From Kiritimatiellia bacterium (lineage in GTDB: Bacteria; Verrucomicrobiota; Kiritimatiellia; RFP12; DVOR01), in NCBI GenBank assembly GCA_034178815.1, contig JAXFQS010000084.1, forward strand, positions 2,112 to 66,111: DNA of 64,000 nucleotides, written 5' to 3'. The position numbers and the translations under genes are program-made. Positions 18,758 to 30,209 of this stretch are shown here, in pieces (within the stretch, counting starts at the first letter, position 1; each line of letters begins with the position of its first letter). The notes beneath the pieces were generated by a model. That model searched no databases, was not told the DNA's origin, and saw nothing but the letters and a program-made list of their open reading frames with translations.

Positions 18758-20626
18758 CCCATGGCGAAAAAGACCAATTACGACGAAGACAAAATAAAAA
18801 CCCTCACTTCATTCGAGCACATACGCCTGCGCGCAGGAATGTACATCGGCCGCAAGAGCGATGGCTCGCAATACGAAGACGGCATCTACATTCTGCTTAA
18901 AGAGGTCATCGACAACGCCATCGACGAGCATATCATGGGTGCCGGGAACAAGGTCGATGTCACCGTCAACTACGACAGCGGCGAAGTCGCCGTGCGCGAC
19001 TACGGGCGAGGAATCCCCTTGGGCAAAGTCGTCGAGTGCGTCTCTCAGATCAACACCGGAGGAAAGTACAACACCGACGCCTTCCAATTCTCCACCGGCC
19101 TCAACGGCGTCGGAACAAAGGCCGTCAACGCCCTCTCCAAAGCCTTCCTCGTCCGCTCCGTCCGCGAAGGCGAATATGTCGAAGCATCCTTCTCCAAAGG
19201 CGAACTGCTCAAAAAAAGTTCCGGCAAAGTCCGCGAGCCGAACGGGACCTTCGTCCAATTCACCCCAGACGAAGAGATGTTCCCCAAATACCGCTTCCTC
19301 GAAGAGCATGTCATCCGCCGCATGCGCATGTATGCCTACTTGAACGCCGGGCTCACCATCCGGCTCAACGGCAAAGAGATTCTCAGCCGCAACGGTCTGG
19401 TCGACCTCATCAACGACGAATCCCAGCACGACCAACTCTACGCCCCCATCCGCTTCCGAAGCAAGACCCTCGAACTCGCCTTCACCCACACCAACCGCTA
19501 CAGCGAAAACTACTACTCCTTCGTCAACGGACAGTACACCAACGACGGCGGCACCCACCTCTCCGCATTCAAGGAAGGCATCCTCAAAGCCGTCAACGAA
19601 TTCAGCAAAAACAAGAAATATGACGGCGACGATGTTCGCGAAGGAATCGTCGGCGCCATCGCCATCCGCCTGAAAGATCCCGTATTCGAGTCCCAGACCA
19701 AAAACAAACTCGGCAACACCGAAATCCGTGCCGACCTCGTCGCCGAAGTCAAGAAAGTCGTCGAGGCCGAATTGCACCGTGACGCCGCCACCGCCGAAAA
19801 GCTTGTCGAGAAGATCGAGGCGACAGCCCGTCTCCGCAAAGAAATCAGCAGCGTAAAGAAGACCGCGCGCGAGCGCGCCAGGGCCAGTTCCGTAAACATT
19901 GACGGGCTTGCCGACTGCAAGTACCACCGGAACGCGCGCAAGGCCAGCGATGCCAAGAAGGGCGAAGAGTCCTCCATTTTCATCACCGAAGGGCTCTCGG
20001 CGTCGGGCACGATCTCGAAGGCGAGGAACGCAGATGTGCAGGCGGTTTTCTCGCTTCGGGGCAAGCCGTTGAATGTCTGGAACCTGGAGCGGCCGTGCCT
20101 AGTGGAGAACAAGGAGTTCTTCAACCTGCTCAAGGCGCTCGGGCTAGTCGACGCAAACGGAATTCCCTTACCGACGATTGACGATCTGCGCTATCAAAAG
20201 GTGATTCTCGCGACGGATGCGGATGTGGACGGTTTGCACATCCGGAACCTGATGATTACCTTCTTCATCCGCTTTTTCGACAAAGTGGTCAAGGACGGTC
20301 ATCTCTTTGTGCTGGAGACGCCCCTATTCCGCGTCCGGAACAAGAAGAACGAGAGCGAGAACTACTTCTGCTACTCCGAACAGGAGCGAGAGAAGGCACT
20401 CGCCAAGTGCGGCAAGAACGCGGAAATCACCCGATTCAAAGGGCTTGGGGAGATTTCGTCGGAGGAGTTCAAGGGCTTCATTGGGAAGAACATTCGTCTG
20501 CGCCCCGTGGATATGATGTCGGACACGAATATCTACGACACCATCCGTTTCTATATGGGCAACAACACCGCCGACCGCTACAATTATATTATGGACAATT
20601 TGATTGTAGACGCCTCGGAGGTCTAA
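18758..20626 (+). CDS. parE: type IIA topoisomerase ATPase subunit B (ParE/GyrB family; standalone, likely topo IV ParE)
   Basis: GHKL ATPase N-terminus (GMYIG, EVIDNAIDE, DYGRGIP), Toprim (ITEGLSASG, ILATDADVDGLHI), C-terminal tail; approx. 622 aa; no gyrA/dnaA context. Confidence 0.75.
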   Translation, partial: PMAKKTNYDEDKIKTLTSFEHIRLRAGMYIGRKSDGSQYEDGIYILLKEVIDNAIDEHIMGAGNKVDVTVNYDSGEVAVRDYGRGIPLGKVVECVSQINTGGKYNTDAFQFSTGLNGVGTKAVNALSKAFLVRSVREGEYVEASFSKGELLKKSSGKVREPNGTFVQFTPDEEMFPKYRFLEEHVIRRMRMYAYLNAGLTIRLNGKEILSRNGLVDLINDESQHDQLYAPIRFRSKTLELAFTHTNRYSENYYSFVNGQYTNDGGTHLSAFKEGILKAVNEFSKNKKYDGDDVREGIVGAIAIRLKDPVFESQTKNKLGNTEIRADLVAEVKKVVEAELHRDAATAEKLVEKIEATARLRKEISSVKKTARERARASSVNIDGLADCKYHRNARKASDAKKGEESSIFITEGLSASGTISKARNADVQAVFSLRGKPLNVWNLERPCLVENKEFFNLLKALGLVDANGIPLPTIDDLRYQKVILATDADVDGLHIRNLMITFFIRFFDKVVKDGHLFVLETPLFRVRNKKNESENYFCYSEQEREKALAKCGKNAEITRFKGLGEISSEEFKGFIGKNIRLRPVDMMSDTNIYDTIRFYMGNNTADRYNYIMDNLIVDASEV

Positions 20627-20633
20627 ACTCCGT

Positions 20634-21257
20634 TCACCCGCCGAAAGCCTGCTCCAGCGCGGCAAGCGTCAAACCGCCGGCGTTCTTTCCTAGCAACCTC
20701 TCGACATACTTCCCGAGTATGTCCGACTCCAGGTTCAACCTATCTCCGGCCCCCAAAGATGCCAATGTCGTGGCGCGCAAGGTTTCCGGGATCAGGTTCA
20801 CCTCGAACCAGTCGTCGCCCAACCCGCTGACCGTCAAACTCACCCCGTCCAACGCCGCCGATCCCTTCAAGACCGTCCGCCTTGCAAACGCCCGGCTGCA
20901 ACCAATCCGCAACACGCGGTCGCACCCGCGCGGCGTGACGGCGAGCACCGTTCCGATCTCGTCAATGTGTCCGGTCACCAAGTGCCCACCCAGCCGTTCC
21001 CCAAAAGCAAGCGCCCTTTCAAGGTTGACCGGGCCAACCGCGAGAGCCGTTTTCGAGAGGGTTTCCTCCAAGACATCGGCAGCAAACCAGTCGTTTCCGT
21101 GGCTCGTCACGGTCAGGCAGGTGCCCATCACCGCGACGCTTTCCCCATCGGCCAGCGGATCCGGCCAAGGCTTGAATCCAATCGTCAGGCGCCTACCCGT
21201 GCCCCTCGGGGCAAGCGTCCGGATAACGCCGATTTGCTGAACCAATCCGGTGAACAT
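20634..21257 (-). CDS. ribE: riboflavin synthase alpha subunit
   Basis: MFTGLVQQIG N-terminus, duplicated lumazine-binding half-domains (GTCLTV / GVSLTV). Confidence 0.85.
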   Translation of the reverse strand: MFTGLVQQIGVIRTLAPRGTGRRLTIGFKPWPDPLADGESVAVMGTCLTVTSHGNDWFAADVLEETLSKTALAVGPVNLERALAFGERLGGHLVTGHIDEIGTVLAVTPRGCDRVLRIGCSRAFARRTVLKGSAALDGVSLTVSGLGDDWFEVNLIPETLRATTLASLGAGDRLNLESDILGKYVERLLGKNAGGLTLAALEQAFGG

Positions 21258-21260
21258 AGG

Positions 21261-23195
21261 TTACAGTCCTTGTTTCAAACGCTGCTTGATTTTGACCCCT
21301 TCGACGGCTTGCCCGCAGAGGATGCAAATGTCGGCATAAACCCGCGAGAGTTCGTCAGACTTCCACCCGTTCCTGTCACAGACCCCGCGGGCGAGGCGGA
21401 TGGCTTCCTGGGGCATTCGCCCCTCCCAGTCGGCCGCCAAGATACGCGCCTGGGCCAGTTCGGATTGGTCGCGGAGTCCCTCGACGGAGGGGAATCTTTC
21501 AGGCAGTTTCCGCCACAGGTCGAGGGCTAGTCGATAGGCCTGGGCATCCTCGGCGGCATAGGCGGCGGCGAGGTGGTATTCAAGGCAGGAAGGGGCTTTC
21601 GAGGCGGCCGTGCGGAAGTGTTCGAGGGCGGCAGGGAAGTCGGTCTTTGCTCGCAAGGAGAAGGCGTAGTTGAAGTGGGCGGCGGCGGTGTCGTGCCCCA
21701 TATCGAGAATCGCGGCGCGGGCCTTGGCAGCGCCGGGAATGTCGCCCAGTTTCTGCCGTCGCTGAGCCTCCAGTTCGAGGCGGTCGACGAGTTCGAGAAT
21801 GAGCGGATCCTGGGGATTTGCCTGTCTGGGGAAGGTTTTGCCGTCGCCCAGACGGGTGGCGATGGCGAGTTGGCGTCCTTTGCCAGATGCGGCGAGGGCA
21901 CGCGTCAGGAGGGAGTTGTAGACCTGCTCGTTCAGTCCCGCGCCGGGTTGGAGCCAGTCGAGGCGATTGGTGGCAATCTCCGGGAGAGATTGGAGGATAC
22001 GGGCGCCCTGCTCTCGTGCGAACAAGAGGCGTATGGTGCTGGCAACCTTTTGGTTGCGGTGGTGGGTTACATAGGCATCGAGTCCCGAGGTTCCGGCGAC
22101 ATAGGCGGCGAAGAGGTTGGGCAGGGAGGTCAAGCCGGCCGCGGCAAGGGCTCGCATCAAGGCGGGCTCGGCATAGCGCAGAAGCATATTGCCTAGGGGA
22201 AGGTCGAACGGGGCGTTGGAAAGAAGCAGGAGGTAGTCGTTGATGCTGGTCTGCCAAAGTTGGGCGTGAGCGTAGCGCTTGCGCCAGAAGGCGAGTTCTT
22301 GAGCGAGGGCGGGTGGGTCGAGCGGTCGGACATCGAGTATAATCGCGAGGAGGCCGTCGGGGGCGAGATTTCGTGGCGTTGGATGGCGCGATGTGGGCCA
22401 TTTCCAGGCGGGAGGCTGGCGGTAGAGGATGATATCGTAGCCGTTGGTGCGCGGCTGGGACGCGAGCAGGGAATGGAATAGACTTCGGTGGATTTCTGGA
22501 CAATCGCCCATCACGATTCCACTTTGGGCGCGGGGGCGGACGAGCAGAGGCAGGGCGGTCTGGAGGGTGGTTGCGGCAAGGAATCGTTGTTCCATCGCCA
22601 ACGGGCGGCCATCGGGCGCGAAGCTGATGCGCCCATAGCCTTCAACGGGGCTGGCGGTCGGCTTGGCGGCGTAGCCGGAGTCGCGATTCGCCAGCAACCC
22701 AAATGCGCCAGCCGCGCCGGATAGATCTAGGCTCCGAACGGTGAACAAGGTGGCCAGTCCGGTCAGCAGCAGAAGGGTTGCCCTCCAGAGGCGCCATTGG
22801 CTGATGCCGCGGGCAAGAGCATACCAGACTGCCCCCCACAATCCAATTGTCAGAAAGAAGGTTCGCACCAATGCTTGGGCGTAAAGCAAGGAGGAACGCT
22901 CTGGAGCGACTACGAGTTGAGCCCAGCCGTGCTGTAGCCACTTGAGAAGGAACGGCTGCGCCGCCCAGGCGGCAATCAGACACACCGCCCCCGCCCAACT
23001 GCGGAAAGGTTTGAAACGGGCGATGCCCCACCCCAGAAGCAAGGTTAGCCCCACGCCCAAAAGGACTACGCGCCAACTCCAGAGGGTGCTTCCGCCAAAG
23101 GCAATCAAGGCGGATATTTCCAGCACGGCAAGCAATACGCCTTCAAGGAGAAATAGCGCGGCAAGGAAGGATTGGAGGCGGGGCTTGGGCATCAA
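21261..23195 (-). CDS. polytopic membrane protein with spermidine-synthase-like domain and C-terminal TPR repeats (paralog of 58570..60669)
   Basis: N-terminal multi-TM region; mid-region YDIILYRQP / APDGLLAIIL resembling aminopropyltransferase fold; C-terminal TPR-like helices. Confidence 0.4.
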   Translation of the reverse strand: MMPKPRLQSFLAALFLLEGVLLAVLEISALIAFGGSTLWSWRVVLLGVGLTLLLGWGIARFKPFRSWAGAVCLIAAWAAQPFLLKWLQHGWAQLVVAPERSSLLYAQALVRTFFLTIGLWGAVWYALARGISQWRLWRATLLLLTGLATLFTVRSLDLSGAAGAFGLLANRDSGYAAKPTASPVEGYGRISFAPDGRPLAMEQRFLAATTLQTALPLLVRPRAQSGIVMGDCPEIHRSLFHSLLASQPRTNGYDIILYRQPPAWKWPTSRHPTPRNLAPDGLLAIILDVRPLDPPALAQELAFWRKRYAHAQLWQTSINDYLLLLSNAPFDLPLGNMLLRYAEPALMRALAAAGLTSLPNLFAAYVAGTSGLDAYVTHHRNQKVASTIRLLFAREQGARILQSLPEIATNRLDWLQPGAGLNEQVYNSLLTRALAASGKGRQLAIATRLGDGKTFPRQANPQDPLILELVDRLELEAQRRQKLGDIPGAAKARAAILDMGHDTAAAHFNYAFSLRAKTDFPAALEHFRTAASKAPSCLEYHLAAAYAAEDAQAYRLALDLWRKLPERFPSVEGLRDQSELAQARILAADWEGRMPQEAIRLARGVCDRNGWKSDELSRVYADICILCGQAVEGVKIKQRLKQGL

Positions 23196-23202
23196 TCGGC
23201 TC

Positions 23203-24153
23203 CTAGACGGGGAATCTCAGCAGCGCGTAGGTGTAACCCACATAGACCAGTAGCAGCACACCACCTTCCTTCCGGTTGACCCGACCCTGGCGTCCGCGGA
23301 AACCCGCGCTCATCGCCCAAAGAAAGATAGTCGTCAATGCCATAGTCGGCACATCGCGCCAGAAAATCGCGGGAATCACCCGAATCGGCTTGAGCACGCC
23401 CGCAATGCCAATTACACAGAGCAGATTGAAGAGATTCGACCCCAACACATTCCCCAGAGCAATGTCGTGCTGTCCCTTCCAGGCTGCCGCCACCGAAGAG
23501 GCCAGTTCGGGAAGAGATGTCCCCAAAGCCACAATCGTCAGGCCAATAACCAAGTCGCTCAACCCAAGCGCCTTTGCCAAGGCAATCGCCCCCCAGACCA
23601 GCAGTTTCGAACTCAACACCAACCCGCCCAAACCAGCCACGACATAGACCGAACCACGCACAAGCGAAAGTTCCTTTACCACCGGTTCCTCCGCCCCCCC
23701 CAACGCGTCCCTACGCACTGAAATCCAGATCAGACACCCAAAAGCCGCCAGCATCACTACGGCATTCCACCGCGAAATCCAGCCATTCGCCGCCAGACAT
23801 CCAAACAAAACCATCGTCCCCAGCAAAACCGGAATCTCGTAGGTCACCACACTCCGCTTCGCCAGGATTGGATTGATTAGCGCCGTCACCCCCAGAATCA
23901 AACAGACATTTGTAATGTTCGAGCCAATCGCATTCCCCAGCGCCAACTCTGGGGCGTCGCCCAAAGCCGCCGTCGCCGAGACAATCATCTCAGGAAGCGA
24001 AGTCCCGAATCCCACCACCAACATCCCAATCAGCATCTGCGACATCCCCAAACGCCGCGCAATCGCCGCCGCACCGTCGACAAACCGATCTGCACTCCAC
24101 ACCAGCACCCCCAACCCGACGACAAGCGCCCCCGCAATCCGAAAAACTTCCAT
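23203..24153 (-). CDS. Ca2+/cation antiporter (CaCA family, YrbG-like)
   Basis: two alpha-repeats GNAIGSNITNV and GNVLGSNLFNL, 10-TM pattern. Confidence 0.8.
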   Translation of the reverse strand: MEVFRIAGALVVGLGVLVWSADRFVDGAAAIARRLGMSQMLIGMLVVGFGTSLPEMIVSATAALGDAPELALGNAIGSNITNVCLILGVTALINPILAKRSVVTYEIPVLLGTMVLFGCLAANGWISRWNAVVMLAAFGCLIWISVRRDALGGAEEPVVKELSLVRGSVYVVAGLGGLVLSSKLLVWGAIALAKALGLSDLVIGLTIVALGTSLPELASSVAAAWKGQHDIALGNVLGSNLFNLLCVIGIAGVLKPIRVIPAIFWRDVPTMALTTIFLWAMSAGFRGRQGRVNRKEGGVLLLVYVGYTYALLRFPV

Positions 24154-24165
24154 CGCCCACAGTCC

Positions 24166-24789
24166 TTAAATAGACACCCACTCCGCCGCCGAATCCACGC
24201 AAAGCGTCGGCTGATAGTCCCCCATCCGGCCAAAACCAAAACGGCAGAAACAACTCCTGACGCCCGCAGCCGAAGCCGCCGCCAAATCCGTCCAATTATC
24301 CCCAACGAGCCAATCCTCCGCCGACACCTCAACCCCTAAAGCCCGCGCCGCATAGGCAATCGGAAGGCCACTCGGCTTCAACTCCGGGCAATCCCCGCCC
24401 CCCACCACGACCCCGAAATAGGAACCAATCCCCAGCCCCTCCACAATTGCGCGGCTGAACCGCCCAGGCTTGTTCGTCACCACCCCCAACTTCTCCCCCC
24501 GATTGGCCAATACCCGCAAAGCCTCGGCAACCCCGGAATACAACCTCGTCTGGCAAAGCAAACGCTCCCCATAGTGCCGCTCTTGGATTGCCAGAGCCTC
24601 GTCAATACCCTTTCCCTCAAGTTCTGGAATCGCATCCACCACCAGCCGACGCATCCCATTTCCCACCTTAGCCACAACCGCCTCGCGCGCCACTTCAGGC
24701 AAACCAAGCTCCCGCCGCGTCGCATTCACCGCATCTGCCAAGTCTCCGCGCGAGTCAATCAGCGTACCATCCATATCAAACAAAAACAT
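24166..24789 (-). CDS. HAD-superfamily hydrolase (phosphoglycolate phosphatase-like)
   Basis: motif I FLFDMDGTL, motif II VVTNK, motif III/IV GDNWTDL; start at internal Met (upstream ORF extension Arg-rich junk). Confidence 0.7.
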   Translation of the reverse strand: MFLFDMDGTLIDSRGDLADAVNATRRELGLPEVAREAVVAKVGNGMRRLVVDAIPELEGKGIDEALAIQERHYGERLLCQTRLYSGVAEALRVLANRGEKLGVVTNKPGRFSRAIVEGLGIGSYFGVVVGGGDCPELKPSGLPIAYAARALGVEVSAEDWLVGDNWTDLAAASAAGVRSCFCRFGFGRMGDYQPTLCVDSAAEWVSI

Positions 24790-24886
24790 AGCAAAACCCC
24801 TCCTCGATACGCGTTCCCGGAAAAACAAACGGCATCCGAATCGCCAAGAATCGGACGCCGCAAGAAACAGCCACTCAGGCAATGGC

Positions 24887-25231
24887 CTATTGGGCTGGCA
24901 CCGCAGGCCCCGGAGCCGTCGGCAAAGGCGGAACCTCCTGAGCCGCAGGTACCGGAGCCGCCACATCGCCCGCGACCACCGATGCGTTGGACTTCATGCT
25001 CACAATCGAAAGCACCAGCGTGTTGAGCAGAAACACAATGCCCAACACCACCGTCGCCTTCGTCAGCACATTCCCGACCTGCGCGCCAAAGACGGCCTCG
25101 CCCATGCCGCCGCCCATGGTGATTCCCGCAGCACCACCGTCCTTGCCCTTTTGGAGCATAACCACGATGCCCAGCAGAATCGCCACCAGAACCTCGATCA
25201 CATAGAGGAAAACCGTCAGAATGGAGCCCAT
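24887..25231 (-). CDS. secG: preprotein translocase subunit SecG
   Basis: approx. 115 aa, two TM helices, GGGMGEAVFG glycine-rich loop; directly downstream of EF-G gene. Confidence 0.65.
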   Translation of the reverse strand: MGSILTVFLYVIEVLVAILLGIVVMLQKGKDGGAAGITMGGGMGEAVFGAQVGNVLTKATVVLGIVFLLNTLVLSIVSMKSNASVVAGDVAAPVPAAQEVPPLPTAPGPAVPAQ

Positions 25232-25247
25232 AGGTCGTCCTTTTCTC

Positions 25248-27332
25248 TTAGTGAACCTTGCCTTCAGCCTTGCGCTTCTCGATGATCTTTTCCGACAACT
25301 CGAAGGGAACACCCTCGTAGCGATCGAAGACCATCGTGAACGAACCGCGTCCCTGAGTCAGCGTGCGAATGGCGTTGGAGTAGCCGAACATCTCGCCCAA
25401 CGGTACATGCCCATGGACTAGAAGCGAACCGCCCTTGGAATCCATGCCATCGACGCGGCCGCGACGCTGGCAGAGAGACCCGGATGCCGCGCCCATGTAG
25501 TCTTCGGGGACGGACACTTCAACATTCATTACCGGCTCGAGCAACTGGGGATTGGCCTTAAGGAAGCCCTGCTTGAAGGCCTGGCGGGCGGCTTCAATAA
25601 AGGCGAACTCGCTTGAGTCGACCTCGTGGAAGGAGCCGTCATAGACTGTCACCTTGACATCGACAACTGGATATCCCGCAACGGGGCCGGATGCCAGCGC
25701 GCGAATAATGCCTTTCTCGACGGCGGGAATATACTCGCCCGGGATTGCGCCACCCTTGACCTCGTTGACGAAGGCAAAGCCTTTGCCGGGGTCTTGGGGC
25801 TCGATGCGGATGCAGACATGACCGTACTGACCGCGACCGCCGGACTGTTTGGCGTGCTTGTATTCCGCCTCGACAGAGTGACGAATGGTTTCGCGGTAGG
25901 CGACTTCGGGGCGACCGACCTGGCAGGCGACATTGAACTCGCGGCGGAGGCGGTCGACGATAATCTCAAGGTGCAACTCACCCATACCGGAGATGACGGT
26001 TTCGGAGGTCTCTTGGTCGAAGGCGACGGTGAAGGTCGGGTCTTCCTGAGCCAGGGCATGGAGGGCGTTGCCGAGTTTCTCGTTGTCCTGTCGCGAGTCG
26101 GGCTTGATAGCGACGGAGATAACGGGCGCAGGGAACTCGATGGCTTCGAGAACAATGGGGTTGGCCTTGTCGCAGAGCGTATCGCCGGTGCGGGTCTTGC
26201 CGAGGCCGACAACCGCGACGATATCGCCGGTGTGGGCGTCTTCGAGGGCTTCCTGCCGGTTGGCGTGCATGCGGAAGAGGCGGCCGATGCGGGCAGATGC
26301 GCCGAGAGTGGAGTTGTAGATTTCCTGTCCGACGCTGAGGGTACCGGAGTAGATGCGCACGAAGGTAATCTTGCCCATGTGCTTGTCGGCCATAATCTTG
26401 AAGGCCAGACCGCAGAAGGGGGCATCATCGGCTGGTTCGCGCACGACGGTGGGGTCGTCTTGGGACTTGACGGCGCCGATGTCGAGCGGACTGGGGAGGA
26501 ACATTACGACGGCGTCGAGGAGAAGCTGGACGCCTTTGTTCTTGAATGCGGTGCCGCAATAGGCGGGGACGATTGCGCGGTTGATGCAGCCTTTGCGCAG
26601 GCCTTTGATGATGTCTTCTTTGGAGAGGGTGCCTTCCTCGAAGAACTTGTTCATAAGTTCTTCGTCCTGCTCGGCGGCCTTTTCAATCATCTCCTGACGG
26701 GCGGCCTGACACTCTTCGAGGATGTCGGCGGGGATGTCTTTGATGATTTCGGTGGTGCCTTTGTCCTTCTCGTCGAAGTAGACGGCGTGCCATTCAAGGA
26801 GGTCGACGAGGCCCTGGAAGGTTTCGCCGGCGCCAATCGGCCAGACCATTTTGACGGGGTTGCCTTTAAGGTTGGTCTCGACCTCTTTGACTACGCGATG
26901 GTAGTCGGCGCCAATGCGGTCCATTTTGTTGACGAAGACGAGTTTGGGAACCTCGTATTTCTCGGACTGGCGCCAGACTTGCTCGGACTGGGGCTGAACG
27001 CCGCCGACGGCGCAGAAGAGGGCGACGGCGCCATCGAGCACGCGCAGGGAGCGTTCGACTTCGGCGGTGAAGTCGACATGTCCGGGGGTGTCGATGAGGG
27101 AAATCTGGTAGTCGTGCCACATGACGGCGGTGGCGGCGGAGGTAATGGTGATGCCGCGCTCTTGCTCTTGCACCATCCAGTCCATAGTGGCGGCGCCTTC
27201 GTGGACTTCGCCGATTTTGTGGGTCTTGCCGGAATAGAAGAGGATGCGTTCGCTGGTTGTGGTTTTGCCGGCATCGATATGGGCCATAATGCCGATGTTG
27301 CGAATCTTGTCAAGGGGGATTTTTCTTGCCAT
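25248..27332 (-). CDS. fusA: elongation factor G family GTPase (standalone paralog, outside str operon)
   Basis: G1 [10 protein letters not shown]3 DTPGHVDF, G4 NKMDR, domains II-V colinear, approx. 695 aa. Confidence 0.9.
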   Translation of the reverse strand: MARKIPLDKIRNIGIMAHIDAGKTTTSERILFYSGKTHKIGEVHEGAATMDWMVQEQERGITITSAATAVMWHDYQISLIDTPGHVDFTAEVERSLRVLDGAVALFCAVGGVQPQSEQVWRQSEKYEVPKLVFVNKMDRIGADYHRVVKEVETNLKGNPVKMVWPIGAGETFQGLVDLLEWHAVYFDEKDKGTTEIIKDIPADILEECQAARQEMIEKAAEQDEELMNKFFEEGTLSKEDIIKGLRKGCINRAIVPAYCGTAFKNKGVQLLLDAVVMFLPSPLDIGAVKSQDDPTVVREPADDAPFCGLAFKIMADKHMGKITFVRIYSGTLSVGQEIYNSTLGASARIGRLFRMHANRQEALEDAHTGDIVAVVGLGKTRTGDTLCDKANPIVLEAIEFPAPVISVAIKPDSRQDNEKLGNALHALAQEDPTFTVAFDQETSETVISGMGELHLEIIVDRLRREFNVACQVGRPEVAYRETIRHSVEAEYKHAKQSGGRGQYGHVCIRIEPQDPGKGFAFVNEVKGGAIPGEYIPAVEKGIIRALASGPVAGYPVVDVKVTVYDGSFHEVDSSEFAFIEAARQAFKQGFLKANPQLLEPVMNVEVSVPEDYMGAASGSLCQRRGRVDGMDSKGGSLLVHGHVPLGEMFGYSNAIRTLTQGRGSFTMVFDRYEGVPFELSEKIIEKRKAEGKVH

Positions 27333-27416
27333 CAGGGACTCCAGGGTACTGGTAGGGTAAAGTCGAGAGGATAGCAAAAGCGGGCGCCGGACGCAAGGAA
27401 AAAGTGGCGGGGGCGG

Positions 27417-28025
27417 CTAGTTGGGGCGGGATTCGCGGCAAACGGTGATTTTGACGGCGGTAGCGATATCGAGGTTTTGAAGGCCTACGGGGGTAGTGTA
27501 GAGGCGCTCGGCGTCGGTAACGGGGCTGGGATGGTCGAGAGGGACGCCGACGAGGGCGCCGCGATGGAAGCCGTTCTGCTTGAGGCTTTCGCGCAAGGGG
27601 GTGGCGCTGATGCGCACGACGCGTGCGGTCTCACCGGTCTGGAGGCGGTTGAGGGTGGTGAAGTGGATGAAGGCGTTGAGTTTCTCAAAGGCGAGTTCGT
27701 CGAAACTGTGTTCGAGTTTGCAGGCGAGTTCGTCGGCGTGGCGCTCCTCTAATTTAAGGTAATGGCGAAGGAAGTAGCGCAGGGTGTGGTGGCGGGAGAG
27801 AATCTCGTCGGCCAACTGCTGGCCTTTTGGGGTGAGGCGGACTGGCTTGTAACTTTCGTATTCGACGAGCCCTTGATCGGTCAGCACGCGCATTGCCACG
27901 GAAACCGAGGGCATACGCACGCCGAGTTTCGCGGCGACATCGCTGACATGGGCGTGGCCGTGCAGTTCGATGGCCTCGGCAATGGCCTCCAAATAGTCCT
28001 CGTTGCTGGGTGTCATTGGCGCCAT
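27417..28025 (-). CDS. DtxR/MntR-family metal-dependent transcriptional repressor with C-terminal FeoA-like SH3 domain
   Basis: N-terminal wHTH (EDYLEAIAE...), metal-site residues, C-terminal FeoA-like (TGETARVVRISA). Confidence 0.7.
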   Translation of the reverse strand: MAPMTPSNEDYLEAIAEAIELHGHAHVSDVAAKLGVRMPSVSVAMRVLTDQGLVEYESYKPVRLTPKGQQLADEILSRHHTLRYFLRHYLKLEERHADELACKLEHSFDELAFEKLNAFIHFTTLNRLQTGETARVVRISATPLRESLKQNGFHRGALVGVPLDHPSPVTDAERLYTTPVGLQNLDIATAVKITVCRESRPN

Positions 28026-28209
28026 ATTAGCAGAAGCAAACATTCTTCTCAAGCCAAATCGCCCCGCACTCGGGAAAGATTGCAACCATCGCCCCCGACT
28101 CCCACCAAAGACCATCCCCCGAACCTGCCAATCACCTCCCCCATCTCCTGTCTACCGACCGCCCTCAGAGTTTCCTACGAAACAAATGCCCGCGTGCCCC
28201 GCTTTTGGC

Positions 28210-28238
28210 TTGTTTTTCGCCTTGAAAAGTGCTATTAT
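28210..28238 (+). promoter_or_regulatory. candidate promoter TTGTTT-17nt-TATTAT upstream of rpsA with approx. 150-nt structured leader
   Basis: sequence match only. Confidence 0.25.
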
Positions 28239-28396
28239 CTCGATTTTTCCGCATTCGGAGAAAAGACCGTGCGCCCGAGGCGAGTGCCATCGGGACTCTC
28301 GTGCGGCCCCATCCACAACCCACAGGGCAGAACGCGGGAACTCCAGCCATGCCGGCCGGAGCCGTATAGCGCGTTCCGCTCGAAAGCATCCAACTA

Positions 28397-30142
<1,746 letters not shown>

Positions 30143-30165
30143 GGTCAGGTTCTGACCTTGGAACG

Positions 30166-30204
30166 GCAGGGCGCAATGGCTCCATAAGGGGCTTTGCGCC
30201 CTGC
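30166..30204 (+). terminator. 11-bp stem hairpin downstream of rpsA (no strong U-tract)
   Basis: GCAGGGCGCAA...TTGCGCCCTGC. Confidence 0.3.
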
Positions 30205-30209
30205 TTCAC

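Noticed and set aside
18758-20626. Calling this gene gyrB
   Set aside because: No gyrA/dnaA/dnaN/recF context and divergent N-terminus (FEHIRLRAGMYIG); length compatible with either paralog, so reported as ParE/GyrB-family with parE as tentative symbol.
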